A stretch of DNA of 63,465 bases, counting the filler, from Conidiobolus incongruus B7586 (lineage: Eukaryota), in the NCBI GenBank assembly GCA_000697335.1. It is 7 parts of 7 records of this genome, joined end to end, with 100 filler letters (N's around TTAATTAATTAA, not from the genome) between each part and the next. Parts side by side here need not be neighbours in the genome. Positions count along the whole stretch, not along the records: positions 24,705 to 29,873 come from JNEM01006303.1; positions 29,974 to 37,549 come from JNEM01006307.1; positions 37,650 to 47,504 come from JNEM01006311.1; 4 more parts are not named here. One strand, 5' to 3'. The notes beneath the pieces were generated by a model. The model saw nothing but the letters and a program-made list of their open reading frames with translations, made no database searches and was not told where the DNA came from. How positions within the stretch are numbered: position 1 is the stretch's first letter; the number at the start of each line of letters is the position of its first letter. The position numbers and the translations under genes were made by a program. This document shows positions 28,220 to 41,127 of this stretch, piece after piece.

Positions 28220-29873
28220 TTATTGTAATAGCGAATTTAAAGACATGGTCAAAGTGTGTTTTGATCCATAAGGACTTGAATCTGGTCTTGATACAGCATT
28301 CAAGTTGGGTAAATTCTCTTCGGTAGCTTCGTTTTGACTCGACGTTAAAACAGTATCCACGCTAACTACATCCACATAGGGATCATAGCGATACTTGAGA
28401 GGATGGATTGGTAATGTCATAGTTTGGGGTTGGGTTTTAAAGAATGCTGGATGTAAGAATGCATAACTCAAATAACTGCCCTCGTCGATTTGGTCGGCAT
28501 TCTGATTAGGAAGATCTAGAGACATGCGACTATCGTTAAAAGAGTGTCTGAGGAAGTGGGACTCGCGCATCGTTGTATTAGGATCCTCAGCAGGTTGTAA
28601 GTCTTCGAGATTGAGATTTAAGGATTCTTGGAGCTTTCTGGTTTCATTGTCCATACTCAATCTCACATTATCACCAAAACCCCCTAAGCCTTGATAGTCT
28701 TCTACATCGTTGGTCGTACTTTCAAAGTAGTGGATATCTGCCTTCTTCAGGGTTTGTAGGGGTACGAAATCGGAGCGGTAATAGAAGTTGCGATTGTAGT
28801 AGAATTTATAGTAGAACGTGAATATCATTACAATCACCATAAGGACTGACAAAGTATAAGTGGTGTAGAAAATGGAAATACCGATCATGAACAAATGACT
28901 GAGAATTAGACCGTCCGTAATAAATCTGACGATAAGATGCCAGTGCTTGCCGTTAGCTTCGTAACGCTTAATATAAACGTAAATGAACTGATTTTTAAAG
29001 ATGATATAACTCACTCCAAAGAACAGAACACTCGGCAGCAGAATGATAGGATTAACAATAGCCAGGATGAAATCAACGAATAAAATGATCATATGATTGG
29101 GCAGAAAGTAAAAGTACGGGAAGCTCCAAACCCTCTCCAGACGTTTGCGTTCCCTAGGCGATTTGGGAAAGAGCCACGACATAAAGTACAAGAAAAATGG
29201 CGAGCCAAGTTGAATGAGTTCCATGAATTGGTAAGCAATACTCCATAATACGTAATTCATAAAGAATGGAACAGTTTCGGGTAATTTTTCGGCAATTTTT
29301 TTTAAAATATCGGAATTTCCTTGGAGTACACTGAAGATTAAGGGAAAAACCGTATTTCCAATTACAAAAACGAAAATGACACTGAATACAGTGAAGAAGT
29401 GATACCTAATGGCCACGGAGGTTTCAAATGCGAAGTACGTCTTCCAAGTTTGGGCACTCGTGATATAAAATAAAATATTGGGCAAAATGGACATTACTAT
29501 ACCTAACAATGTAGCTGGAATAGCCGTGGTCAGAAGAGATTCTACAACAGGGTTATTTTTCAAAAATTCGCGGAGAATAGGAATACGTTCAGCTAGATTG
29601 CTCAAACTGGCGAGTTGAAGAAGCGCAGCAGTTGGGATGAACCATAAGATAAATAATGTCCAAACCGCCATATTCACCAAAATTTTGCGAATCATTCGCC
29701 ACTTCCAACTGATCGTGTGGTTCTTCCAAAGAATATCCTTGGGTTCGGGCGCTAAACTTACGCGACAGTGCTCAATATCCGAGTGCAAAATACTCTGGGC
29801 GCACAGTTGGGCAGCGCTACACTGCTCAAAAGTCACAAATCCAGTTCTCGAAGGTGCAAATCGGTGAGAAATT
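28220..29873 (-). CDS. OSCA/TMEM63/CSC1 stress-gated cation channel (RSN1_7TM), 5' part lost in gap
   Basis: GFVTF...AAQLCAQ, APEPKDILWKN, multiple TM helices, FFMNYVL, KNQFIYVY...YEANG.HW; reading frame open to the gap. Confidence 0.88.
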
Positions 29874-29973
29874 NNNNNNNNNNNNNNNNNNNNNNNNNNN
29901 NNNNNNNNNNNNNNNNNTTAATTAATTAANNNNNNNNNNNNNNNNNNNNNNNNNNNNNNNNNNNNNNNNNNNN

Positions 29974-30374
29974 TGGCCTATTTATGCCAACCCTTCCCAC
30001 TCAATCCAAAGGGGGACTTTTCTATTCTACTCCACAAATAAACCTTATTTTCCTACTAAAAACCTGCTCTCAAACGTACTCAAGAGGCCGCTTATAGCTT
30101 CACTTGAGATATATCCTATTATCCGTCTGCATCCATTCCTATTGATATTCTGTGACTTTGCCTTCTTAGCATGTCAAATCCTCACACTGCCACTACTACT
30201 GCTGATTTAGTCGCCCTCTTTAATGCCCCATTCAACAGTAATCATGGTCGGATCGCCAGGGAACTGATCATCGGCAGTCTACCTCAGTTTGTAGGCACAA
30301 TGCTTCACAATCTGGCTTACACAATGGCTATGTCAGTATCCTCGATGACGCTCAAGGAGCTAATAACCGTGACA
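29974..30374 (+). mobile_element. LTR (family B), 3' part; ends GTGACA 10 nt upstream of tRNA-Val
   Basis: GC island ending ...CCGTGACA. Internal ORF from 30171 resembles ORFs 32407- and 35840-, and the terminal ACA is in frame. Left end is lost in the gap. Confidence 0.6.
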
Positions 30375-30384
30375 AGTCTTTTAG

Positions 30385-30458
30385 GATCTCGTGGTGTAGT
30401 TGGTTATCACGTCTGTCTAACACACAGACGGTCCTCAGTTCGAATCTGAGCGAGATCA
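30385..30458 (+). tRNA. tRNA-Val(AAC), identical to 10780-10853
   Basis: Same 74-nt cloverleaf, followed by a TTTTTT Pol III terminator at ~30461. Confidence 0.95.
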
Positions 30459-32224
30459 TATTTTTTGGATTAATTTGTTTCTTTACTCCTCATTTTTTTC
30501 AAATTTAATTGTAAAATTATTTCAATTATAATTATATTTTATTAATTTTATATTCCTTTTTCATCAAATTTTATATTTCGTACTTTATAATATTATTTTT
30601 ATATTATATTAAATAATTAGTTATTTAATTTTGTAATAATATAAATCTAAATATCTTAAAAATGTTAAAAATCAATTATATTTAAATAAAACTTTTAAGA
30701 TTGAATAGGTTAATTATTTAATATTTTACCCCATTCAATTAATATATCCTATCAATAATTTATTTTTAAGTTAATTATAATTTATATTGATTATTATAAT
30801 ATATAAAATATTTTTGTATAATATAAAATGAGTAAAAAAATTAACAATTAATCTAAAAGCATTATTGAAAGGATTTCAATAATATATTCAGTATTAATTT
30901 AATAGCTATGTAAAACTCATTTAAAATTTAGCACAATTTGAAATTCTTATTACATTGTAGTTATTCTTCTTTATATATATATATATATATATATCGTAGA
31001 AATATTAGTATATTTCACCTAAAATAAAACTTTAATTTGATTATAATAATTTTGAAAAGATTATTTATAGAATTCGGCTTTAATAAAATTTAATATCTTA
31101 TATTAAATTTGAAAAATTAATCCTAATTTATAATTTTTATAAAAATTATTATTATTGTTTATTTGAACTAAATATTATATATATTCATTAAAATCACGTT
31201 AATATAATTAGTTATACTCTCAGTAATGATTATTTGCTTTTGTTTAAAAATTTTAGAATAATATTTAAATATCTTTGAAATAACGATTATAATCAAAGCA
31301 TTTTAATCAATTATATTAATTAGGATCCAAATTCTCAAAAAACTTTAATTGTGAAATGTTAAATATAAGATTCAATAAGAAAATGTGTTAAAAAGTTAGG
31401 ATCATTCAACAATTTTGTATATTGGGCATTAAGGTGGCTTAATGAAAAAATGATGTATTCATATCATAATTTTCAATATACAATTCTTATATGTATGGAT
31501 AATGAGTATTATAAACTATTAAAATTCGTTAAATATTCTATAAATGTGATTGATAATATTTGCTAAGAAATTTTGAAACTAGCAAATTTAATTGTTTCAT
31601 CATAACTTCTATCAAATTATATACATTACAGGATTATACAAGCATTGTATATTAACGATTTTTAAATATCTATTAAATCACAAAAAATGGTTAAATTTTT
31701 AATATCGCTACAAACATAAATATTTTCTAGTTAATAAATATAAAATTTTCAATCTATTTTGATATTAGTTTGAGGTTAATTGTAAACTTTAAACAATATC
31801 AATTGATCGTCATAACTTCTTGAATGCAGTGTTTAAAGAAATAAAATATGTAGAAATTATAATTATGGTATTAGTGAAATTATATCAGATTTTTATATTT
31901 TATATACATATTATATCTCAAATATTCAGTAATTGATATTTACCTCACTGTTGAATATATCATTTCGTACGCAGTGTACATTTATCAAAGCTGTTAAAAT
32001 GATAAAGATCAATTATCAAAGGCCATTATTGGGAGATTGCTATTTGATTATTCAAGGTATGATAACCAAAATGATGAATAGATTTGGAGTACAAACTTCA
32101 TCAAATCAACAAATTCGAACTCTATTTATAACAACCCAATTGGAAATATAAACATAATTAAAATGATAAATATTCAAAATAAAACACTTAAACATAGTAT
32201 TTAATTGTGATTATTGTTAGTTAT

Positions 32225-32684
32225 TGTTGCCTCAAGTAACAGCGACAGTCCGATTTCCATTACCGTTTTGGCAATCGGAGTGTCCAAATAGGTGAGTACT
32301 TTTCCCACTATATGGGGAGCAGCGGCTACGAGCTGGGTGGCCAGACGAACCCTGGCTACTTCGTCGAATGGAGTTACTCTAGGATCTACTAGAGCTAAGT
32401 CAGGCATTGTGTGTGGATCGGTTTAACCAAAATAAACACGTTTCAAATTCAAATGAATCGAACAACCGTTAGTTGCCTAATTCGACAGTAACTAATTTGT
32501 CATATTTTATTAGTGAACTTATGTAAGCTTTTATAGTCCTCAGCAGATTCATTTCCAAGGGGGTTAGATGAATCTCGTGCCACTGGATGTTCGGGGTTAA
32601 GTAGGGAAACTCGCTCGATAGTATAACCACCTATTCGAGGGACACGTGAAAGCTTAATGTCCGTCCGTCACTTGGTTGGTGATA
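32225..32684 (-). mobile_element. Solo LTR, family B (~460 bp)
   Basis: On the plus strand TGTTGC...GTGATA (probably mutated GTGACA), flanked by GTTAT at 32220-32224 and 32685-32689. TATAAAA on the minus strand near 32531-32537; internal ORF starts at 32407. Confidence 0.6.
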
Positions 32685-33097
32685 GTTATAATGATTTGCA
32701 TTATATGGTTTTATCTTAATTTTGGATTGATCTCTAAGTTGATCATCTTTTGACAATTTTGGTAACAAAAGTTGAAACTAAATTTGATTATTTTTGATTA
32801 AAAAGATTTAACTGAAACTTGTGTTAAGGGCAACAGAACTAGCCAATCAAAACCCACCACAAACACTATATTCGTTGCCACTTATGTGATAATCATTATA
32901 TGTTAATTCATAATTAATCAAATTCAATTAAATTTAGAAGTCTTATTTTATCAAGCTTATATAAGAGCTTTGGAGACTGGTTGCCACTATCTTTGTTTTT
33001 AAATTTTTCACAATTATAATTCAATTAATCAATACAAATTCAATAGTGGTGATTCAATTACTATTATTCAAACTCTATACTTAGATCAACTAGAAAA

Positions 33098-33844
33098 ATG
33101 ACTACAATTCAAGTTATTGGGGATATTGCCCATTTAATTTCCATTTTTATTTTACTACTTCAAATAGATGTTACCAAGTCATGCGCCGGTATTTCGTTAA
33201 AGACTCAAGCTTTATATTTTATCGTTTTCGTTACTAGATACGCTCATATGTTCACCAAATGGATTAGTTGGTATACTTTCATTATGAAATTATTCTTCTT
33301 GGGTACGTCAGCATTCATCATTTATCAAATGTACTACGTCTATAAAGATACCTATGACCACACGTACGATACCTTCAAAGTAGAGTTCTTATTATTGGGA
33401 TCTGCTTTATGTTCTATAGTTGCTCATTTTAAATTCGATTTCTATGAGGTGATGTAAATTTAATTATTTACATTTTTTTGTCATATTAATTAACATTATT
33501 TTAGAATCTTAGAGTGTTTTCTCTCTTCTTAGAATCTGTTGCCATCTTACCCCAATTGTTCTTACTCACGAGAAAGGGAGAAGCCGAAACTATTACCACC
33601 CACTATTTAGCAGCTTTAGGAAGTTATCGATTTTTCTACATTTTAAACTGGATCTATAAATCCACTAACAATAAGCACGTCCAATGGTACACTTGGTTAA
33701 CTGGTATTATTCAAACTATCTTATACTTGGACTTCTTCTACCTTTACTTCACCAAGTAAGCTTTTATCCTTTTATTAGTATTTAATTTTTAGTAATTAAT
33801 TTTCTAGGGTTTTGAAGAATAAGAAGTTTAAGTTACCAGTTTAA
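33098..33844 (+). CDS. ERD2: ER lumen protein-retaining receptor (KDEL/HDEL receptor), divergent, 212 aa, 3 exons
   Basis: Exons 33098-33448, 33505-33755, 33808-33844. GD-x2-H, SCAGISLKTQ, TRY, LESVAILPQL, YR, QTILYLDFFYLY, C-terminal KKFKLPV. Confidence 0.92.
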
Positions 33845-35651
33845 ATTTGATTTTTTAATGGTATACAATTATAAGCCAAATTATACAGTTATAATATATA
33901 TCATATAATTTCTAAAATTTGATATTATTTTGGGCTAAAATTTACCTGATAATAATAAAAATATTATTAAATAACTTTAAAGCAAGATTTGAATATGATG
34001 GTTAATTTTATTGATTCTTTTCAATAATCAAATATAATTATATATTCAGGGTAAAAATTTTTACTGAAATATTAGATTCATTATATAGGTAATATCTAAC
34101 AAATATTCAAGCTTAATTTCACTTGTTTTATTGTATTTCTTTTTTTAAATGAATAAAACTATTATTTTAAAGTTATTATTATAATATTTTGATATCAATA
34201 TTTAAGCTGTCCATCAATCAATTGTTTGTGTTGAAACAAATAAAATCTTCATTTAGATATCAACAAAATATGTATTGTGATATGATTCAAATATAATAAT
34301 TTAATATTATACAATTAAAATATTCAATATTAAAATTAATAATGAACAATTAGTCAATTTCAAAATCAATTAAAGTTGTACTTGAGAAAATAATTAGTAT
34401 TTATTGTAAATAGCAACGATGTCAGTTTACATTATTATGACATCACTCATATTACTCTTAAATACATTCAACTTTTATACAAGTACATCAATCCAAATTT
34501 ACATAATTTTAATCGCTTTTGAGACTAATGCATAGTGTTTTGATTAATAAATATTGAGAATATTATCACTTAATTAAATTATGATTATATTCATATAATA
34601 TCATTATTTTAATAGCTAACATAAATTAATTATTTTATATTTTATATTAATTATTAATAACTAAATATTTTTTGTTTTAATTAATTTAGTTTTTAAAAAA
34701 TTTCACCTTTTAATTAAGAAAATAAAATATTTTATTTTATAATAATTAAATTATAAAGTTAGTTTATTTATTATTTTATATATTTTTAATTAAAATTCTA
34801 ATTTATAATATAATATATATATATATATATATATATAAGTTATTATAATCAATTTTATAAAAAAATATTTTATTCAAAAAAATATATAATTTTAGGAAAA
34901 ATATATTAATTGTAGTTTAATAAAAAGTATTATAATTTTTAATAACTTCTATAAATTATATCAATAAATATTCTGCAAAAAAAGTAAAATAAGATAGTAA
35001 ATAAATTTTATTTAAAATTTATTATCAAGTTAAAACAAATTTAAGTATTATTATTATTAATATTATTATCATTAAAGAGAAATAAAATAATACATATAAT
35101 TTATAATATTCATTATTATTTAAATTTAAATAAAAAATAAGAATTGCATTTGGTTTAAATGAATATTTTCATATTTTTGAAAATTATTATATATTTAGTT
35201 TTAATTGATAAAAATTCAACTTTAATATAATTATTAATCAACTTAATCTTATAAATTATTAATTATCAATTACCTATTAATGAATTAAACAAATAAAATT
35301 TTTATAATTCATATTTTATTAATTAGTAATATTTTCTTATTATAATAAGTTGAAATTAATATAAACTTTTAATTTTTAAAAATAAATTTCAATTATTAAT
35401 AGTCAGATTTACTTGAAATTGGAAAATCAATTTAAAAACTAATTTAATTTATATTGGTTTTGTTTGAATGTCAGTTGATATTATACCAATCTAGTGGTAT
35501 CGAAAGTTAGTATTAATAAAGATCATTATAATGAGATATTTGTCAATCATTGAAATCAATGGTAATTGTGAATGAATTTTAAATCATTTGATATATTTCA
35601 TTTAATCTCCTGATTTATCATAGTATTTAAAACATAAATCTACTAAGTTAT

Positions 35652-36199
35652 TGTAACGAGATTAGCTAGGGGTATCAATGCCAGCTCTAATATTTCGCCA
35701 TGATGGTCGGAGATATAAGTGACTATGTGATCTACAACTCTAGGGGCCATGAGGACCAGTTGGGTCGCAATGGCCATCCGATTGGGTTCATCATATGGGA
35801 TTAACTGTAAATTGGGGAGATTAGAACGAATGAGAGACATATTATAAAATTATGTAATAGTGAGTAAAGCTAAATAAGAAAAGAAATTGTAGCAGAATAG
35901 ATTTTATTATTCAGATAAGTGAGTAGTATTGTATAACTAGTGATAAATTGGTGGGTGATTTAAGTAACACCAAGGCAGAGGGGTTACGTTTGGAAGTGTT
36001 AGATATGGGAGAGGATAGTTGGTATTAGAGTTGTGAATTTTGAATATGAACCAAAATTAAGCTTCCATCATAGAAGCTACTGGTATATTTAAAGGTATTT
36101 TAAGAGTTTGCAGGGATGTGGCTGTGCAATGTGTGTCCTTGTGATGATTCACGGGATTGGTTCCTTAATCTTGTTTATCCGAAGGAACAGGATGCGACA
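35652..36199 (-). mobile_element. Solo LTR, family B (548 bp)
   Basis: On the plus strand TGTAAC...GCGACA, flanked by 5-bp GTTAT at 35647-35651 and 36200-36204. Internal ORF from 35840 is homologous to the ORF from 32407. Confidence 0.65.
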
Positions 36200-39100
36200 G
36201 TTATACTCAAGTATTGTAATTTATTATCTTTATCACTTGATATATTCTATTCTTGTTAAATTGATTAGTTGGTATTATATTGTTCTTAATCTAACTCCTT
36301 GAATATATTAAATTATATCGCTTGTCCAATATATTCTTATATAAATACTAATGACAAAATATATGTCATTTTTAATATAGAATTTTATCATAAGGTTTAT
36401 TATTAAATACTTTTATTTTGAATATTTGGACCTTAAAATGGATAATAAATATTATAAAATAATTTATTTGCCTAGTCTTGATATTGATATTTTTAAAACA
36501 TTTATTATAAACTTTTGTTTTTTTAAAGCTATTAATGCTTTAATACCAATATTGCTATTTGTTATAAATGAATATAATGAGATTTAATATAGTATAATAA
36601 AATATAATAGTTTTAACTTTTATTAAAGTTTTTTATATTATAAATTATATATTTATTTATAATATATTTTCAAAATCTCGTTATAGACTTGGATATTAAG
36701 TGTTATTAAAAATATCCTTATTATATTCCTTTTAATCTCTATTTAATAAGTTTCATATATTAAAAAAATTTCTGATTTTGAATTTATTAAATATATTGTT
36801 AGTATTATAAATAATCTTAATATTGAAATGTTTTTATATTTATATATATTATCGAAAATGATTTTAATAAAATGAAAGAGTAAATATAAATGATATTTTA
36901 ATTTAATACTATTAAAACTCCTTTAATATAATAATATTCAAGAACTCTAAACTTATCACTAATATATAATATAATTCACTATATAAAATATATTTTATAA
37001 TTTTAAAATTAATTAATAATAATCCTAAATTTTTTATTATTTGAAATTAAAATTTATTTTTTATTTGTACAACATATTTTTCAAAGTTATAACTCAATTA
37101 ATTAATATATATATATTAAAATATAGTTTGTTATAAGATATTCAAAAGAGTACTCTGTGTAAACAAATAACTTCAAGTATAAATAAGTTGGTTTATTCTT
37201 TGATTTCTTATTTTTTTGACACTTTTGTTATTCCGAGTAATATATGACATATATAATAAATTTCAATATATTATAAATATAAAATATTATAAAACCAAGG
37301 TTAATTTGTAATTATATTCAAATTTTAAATTAATAATATTTTCAACTTGATTTTTATTTAAAATTATCCAATTGATTCCTTATATTTATCTATTAATAAT
37401 TATTTTAAATCTATAAGAAAAATATAATATAAATTATATTAATAGATATATTAAATATATAAAATATAAAATTTTAACCCTTAATCCAAAAATATTAATC
37501 AAATATTAAAAATTTATAAAAAATATAGAAAATATAGAAAAATATTTAANNNNNNNNNNNNNNNNNNNNNNNNNNNNNNNNNNNNNNNNNNNNTTAATTA
37601 ATTAANNNNNNNNNNNNNNNNNNNNNNNNNNNNNNNNNNNNNNNNNNNNATAAATCTATCAACTGGACTTGTGTTGTGTTTTATATTAAGTTTTATAAAT
37701 AAAGATCGTAGTTAGAAAAGTACTCAAAATATGATTTAGTAAATTATTTATTAATCCTGCTCTTTAACGTATCGGGACTGTAGGTTTGTAAACTTACTGT
37801 TGAGGCGTCGTAGCAGAATATTCAAAAGAAAAAAAACTTCTCTCTATCTTTATCACTGTTGGGTTTAAATAATTGAATCAATGAATGATATAGGATTTGG
37901 ATAAAATCTAATAAAGAAAATAAAGAGAACAAAGAGTATCCTTCAATTATAGACTGACAAAGCCAGCTTAAAATAGAAATAATATTGGTTTAGCTATCAA
38001 ACTGGAAGAGATGATTAATTTTGAAATACAACACTTGTGCAAATTATAAGCTTTAAATAATTCCATTGATCACTTACATTGAGTAAGTTGGCAGCTCTTT
38101 TTAAGCCACAAACTGCAAATAGACAGTCAATAGTTCGAGAAAATTTTTTTCAAAATTGAAATAGAAAAATTTTCAAAGAGAGTGTTTGCTAACTGTAAGA
38201 TTTTTATGCTAAATCAACATATATCAACTCAAGTTAGGGTGTTCCCAGAATTACCATTTGATTTTCGTTATCAAGCCCAAAAAGACTGCTCAGTCTAGGT
38301 AAGGAAGCTACAAATTTGATAACATGGTCATATACCCCGCGATGAGCGATTCATTTATATTTGACTGGAATCTCCAAGCTAGCTCTATCCAACAATGGTT
38401 GATTGGGAAATATATGCACACCTAAACAAATTCACAAATTAACAAATTAACAAATTTTGAATCACTCTAACAATTATGTACTGTTTAAAAATAACTAGAA
38501 AGGAGTTTAAGTTCAAAGGTAGCTCTTTTAGTCTATTTGGAGCTAAAACAGAAGCGTATATAGCTAATTTTATACCTTAATTAATATATATGTTGACTTG
38601 ATTTTAGATTATCAGAACTATTTTGAATTTCAGAATTTTCAACAGAGATTGATAGTATTCTACTAATTTTTTTCACTTGTAAATCGTTTGGGCCATTTAT
38701 AGATGTAGATGTCTTATTTAAGATTATTGATTTAGGAAAATATTTAGTGATATTTTATAACATATTTTAAGGTGATATTGATTTGTTTGGATCACATAAA
38801 TTTTATATTCGGACAACGATTAATCTTGATCAATATTTTGAGTATTTCTTATATCAACAAATGACTGTCAAGGTTTGATTCTTGAAAATATGATTCAAAT
38901 TATGATATAATAGTTTTTAATATTAATTAAATTTACTCTAATTATCATATTCAAATGTACTATAAATTAAAAATTTAAATTCCCTAAACTTCATAAGATC
39001 TTATATATAAACTAAAATTAAAGGGAGTAAATAAAAACACCCTCTTAGTTCTTATTTCATTTTGCAAAAAATAATTCACCTTATACTCATTAATATCAAT

Positions 39101-40228
39101 TTAGGATTCCTAATTTATATTTCGAGTTTATTACCTGATTTAATTTAGATAATGAGTGAAATCTCTAATAATACTATGTCGTTGATGTAATAATTTCTTA
39201 TATCATAACTTCCGAAGTCAACCTAAATATTTCTTTAATATTAGATATCTGAAATATCTCTCTATCATTTCAGCTTATTTGTATTTTGAATAGCAAAAAA
39301 ATGAATTATGATAGAGTGTTTTTTAATAATTAAATAATTATTTAATATCAATTTTTTTATTTTATCTAAATATAAACTCTCTAATTCCATATATCTCAAT
39401 ATGTGCTATTTATCTGGTATTAATTTATCTACCTTGAATTCTTTTGAAAATGTTCAAATCTAATATTATCAATATATATTTTTTAATGTAATTTCATTTT
39501 TTGATATATTGAATAGACTATTATTTGATAAATTTAATATTTTTGGTAAAAGTTAATTTATATTTCAAAAACAATACTAAATTCAAAAAATAAATTTCGT
39601 TTATTATAATTGTATAAATATTTTTTTATTACCTTGAATTATAACATCAACTAAAATTAATATCAATTAAATATTTTATTCTTTTCGTGGTACATTTTTA
39701 TGAGACAGGAGATTATTAAAATGAGTCAATTTAATGAAGAAAACTAAATATAAAATTGAATTAATTTTATATAATATATATTTTCATAACTTAATGAATC
39801 TCTATTACCATATTAATAATTAAAATACAAAAATAATATGTTTGATTCTATTATATTCATTAATTTTGAACTTTCAAATATTTGTTAAAATATTTTCTGA
39901 AAATTTTAACAAAAATTAATTAATTTCATTGTAAAATTATAATTGAATTATTTGTAATTGTTAACCAATAAATAACTTAAACAATTAGGGTATTTTGATA
40001 TTCTAAGAATCTTTATTAATTATTAATATGTGTGTTAATATAAATTATTTAACATAAATTTTTGCTAACATATAATATTGTTTGAGTAAGTAATTAGATA
40101 TTTATTATCATTGGAGATTTAATAGATAGTGTTAGAGAGTTGTATATTAATTTATTAAATGATTATTATCGAAAAAAGTTTTGGAATTTTGTAATGAATT
40201 TCATAAATTGATAATTACAAATAAATAG

Positions 40229-41127
40229 TTACATTATAATACAACATCCTAGCAAATTAACTTCTTCAACTTCTTCAGCAGTCTCACATTCTCTTCGTTC
40301 ATGGACAATAACTGCTTTTTCCGAATGAAATGATCGTTTAGCAGAAGATAGTGCCGATTGAGAATGGGATCCTCTCTTCCTTTCGCTTGATGAAGTAGGA
40401 TAAGGCGAATTTGGTGTTAATCCCAACTGGTACCGATCTTTGCGGATCTGTCGACACAAATCATAAAATATCTCATCAATATTGATCCTGAACTTGGCTG
40501 ATGTTTCATAAAAAGGGCAGTGCCAATTTCGCGCCATAAGTTCCGCTTGATACTTAGTAACTTGACGGGATTCTGTTAGGTCACATTTGTTGCCTACTAG
40601 GACCACCGGCACTCGACGAGATTCTTTCACAATACAAATCCTTTGATAAATGCTAATAGCTTCTTTAAAACTATCTAATTGATCAATGCTGTATACAATC
40701 ATGAACCCATGTCCTGAACGTATGTATTGATCTCGCATAGCACTAAAATGATAAAAGTTAGCTAATATTCAGTTGAAGAAGTATTAATATTTACTTGTAT
40801 TCTTCTTGACCTGCTGTATCCAAAATTTCGAGCTCGCAAGCTTCTTGATCAATCACACATTGTTTGTTATAAGAATCTGAATCATTATAATATAAGTTAT
40901 AACGGATATAGAATTAATTTTATATAATATTACCTTCGATAGTTGGATCATACTCTTCAACGAATTGATTTCTTATGAACTGAATCGTTATGGCAGATTT
41001 ACCAGCACCTAAAAATCCGATTAGTAAATATTAATTATAATATATCAATTAACATAAATTTACCTCCAATACCCAACAAAGTAATTTTATACTCTTTAAA
41101 TTTGGGCGTTGATAAATACGAAGCCAT
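40229..41127 (-). CDS. RAS: Ras-family small GTPase, 4 exons
   Basis: Exons 41127-41064, 41008-40934, 40876-40795, 40742-40229. GIGGAGKS P-loop, YDPTIEDSY effector loop, [18 protein letters not shown]-terminal CCIIM CaaX. Confidence 0.93.

Noticed and set aside
30171..30449. 92-aa ORF as a real gene overlapping a tRNA
   Set aside because: Its last ~24 codons are read-through from the LTR ORF into flank and tRNA sequence; treated as part of the LTR finding.
32225..32835. Alternative LTR boundary TGTTGCC...GGCAACA (7-bp inverted ends)
   Set aside because: Flanks GTTAT and GAACT do not form a TSD; the 32684 boundary has a TSD and matches the GC drop.
37650..38600. Degenerate ORF-like stretch beside a gap (possible TE relic)
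   Set aside because: Multiple stops and no identifiable domain motif.
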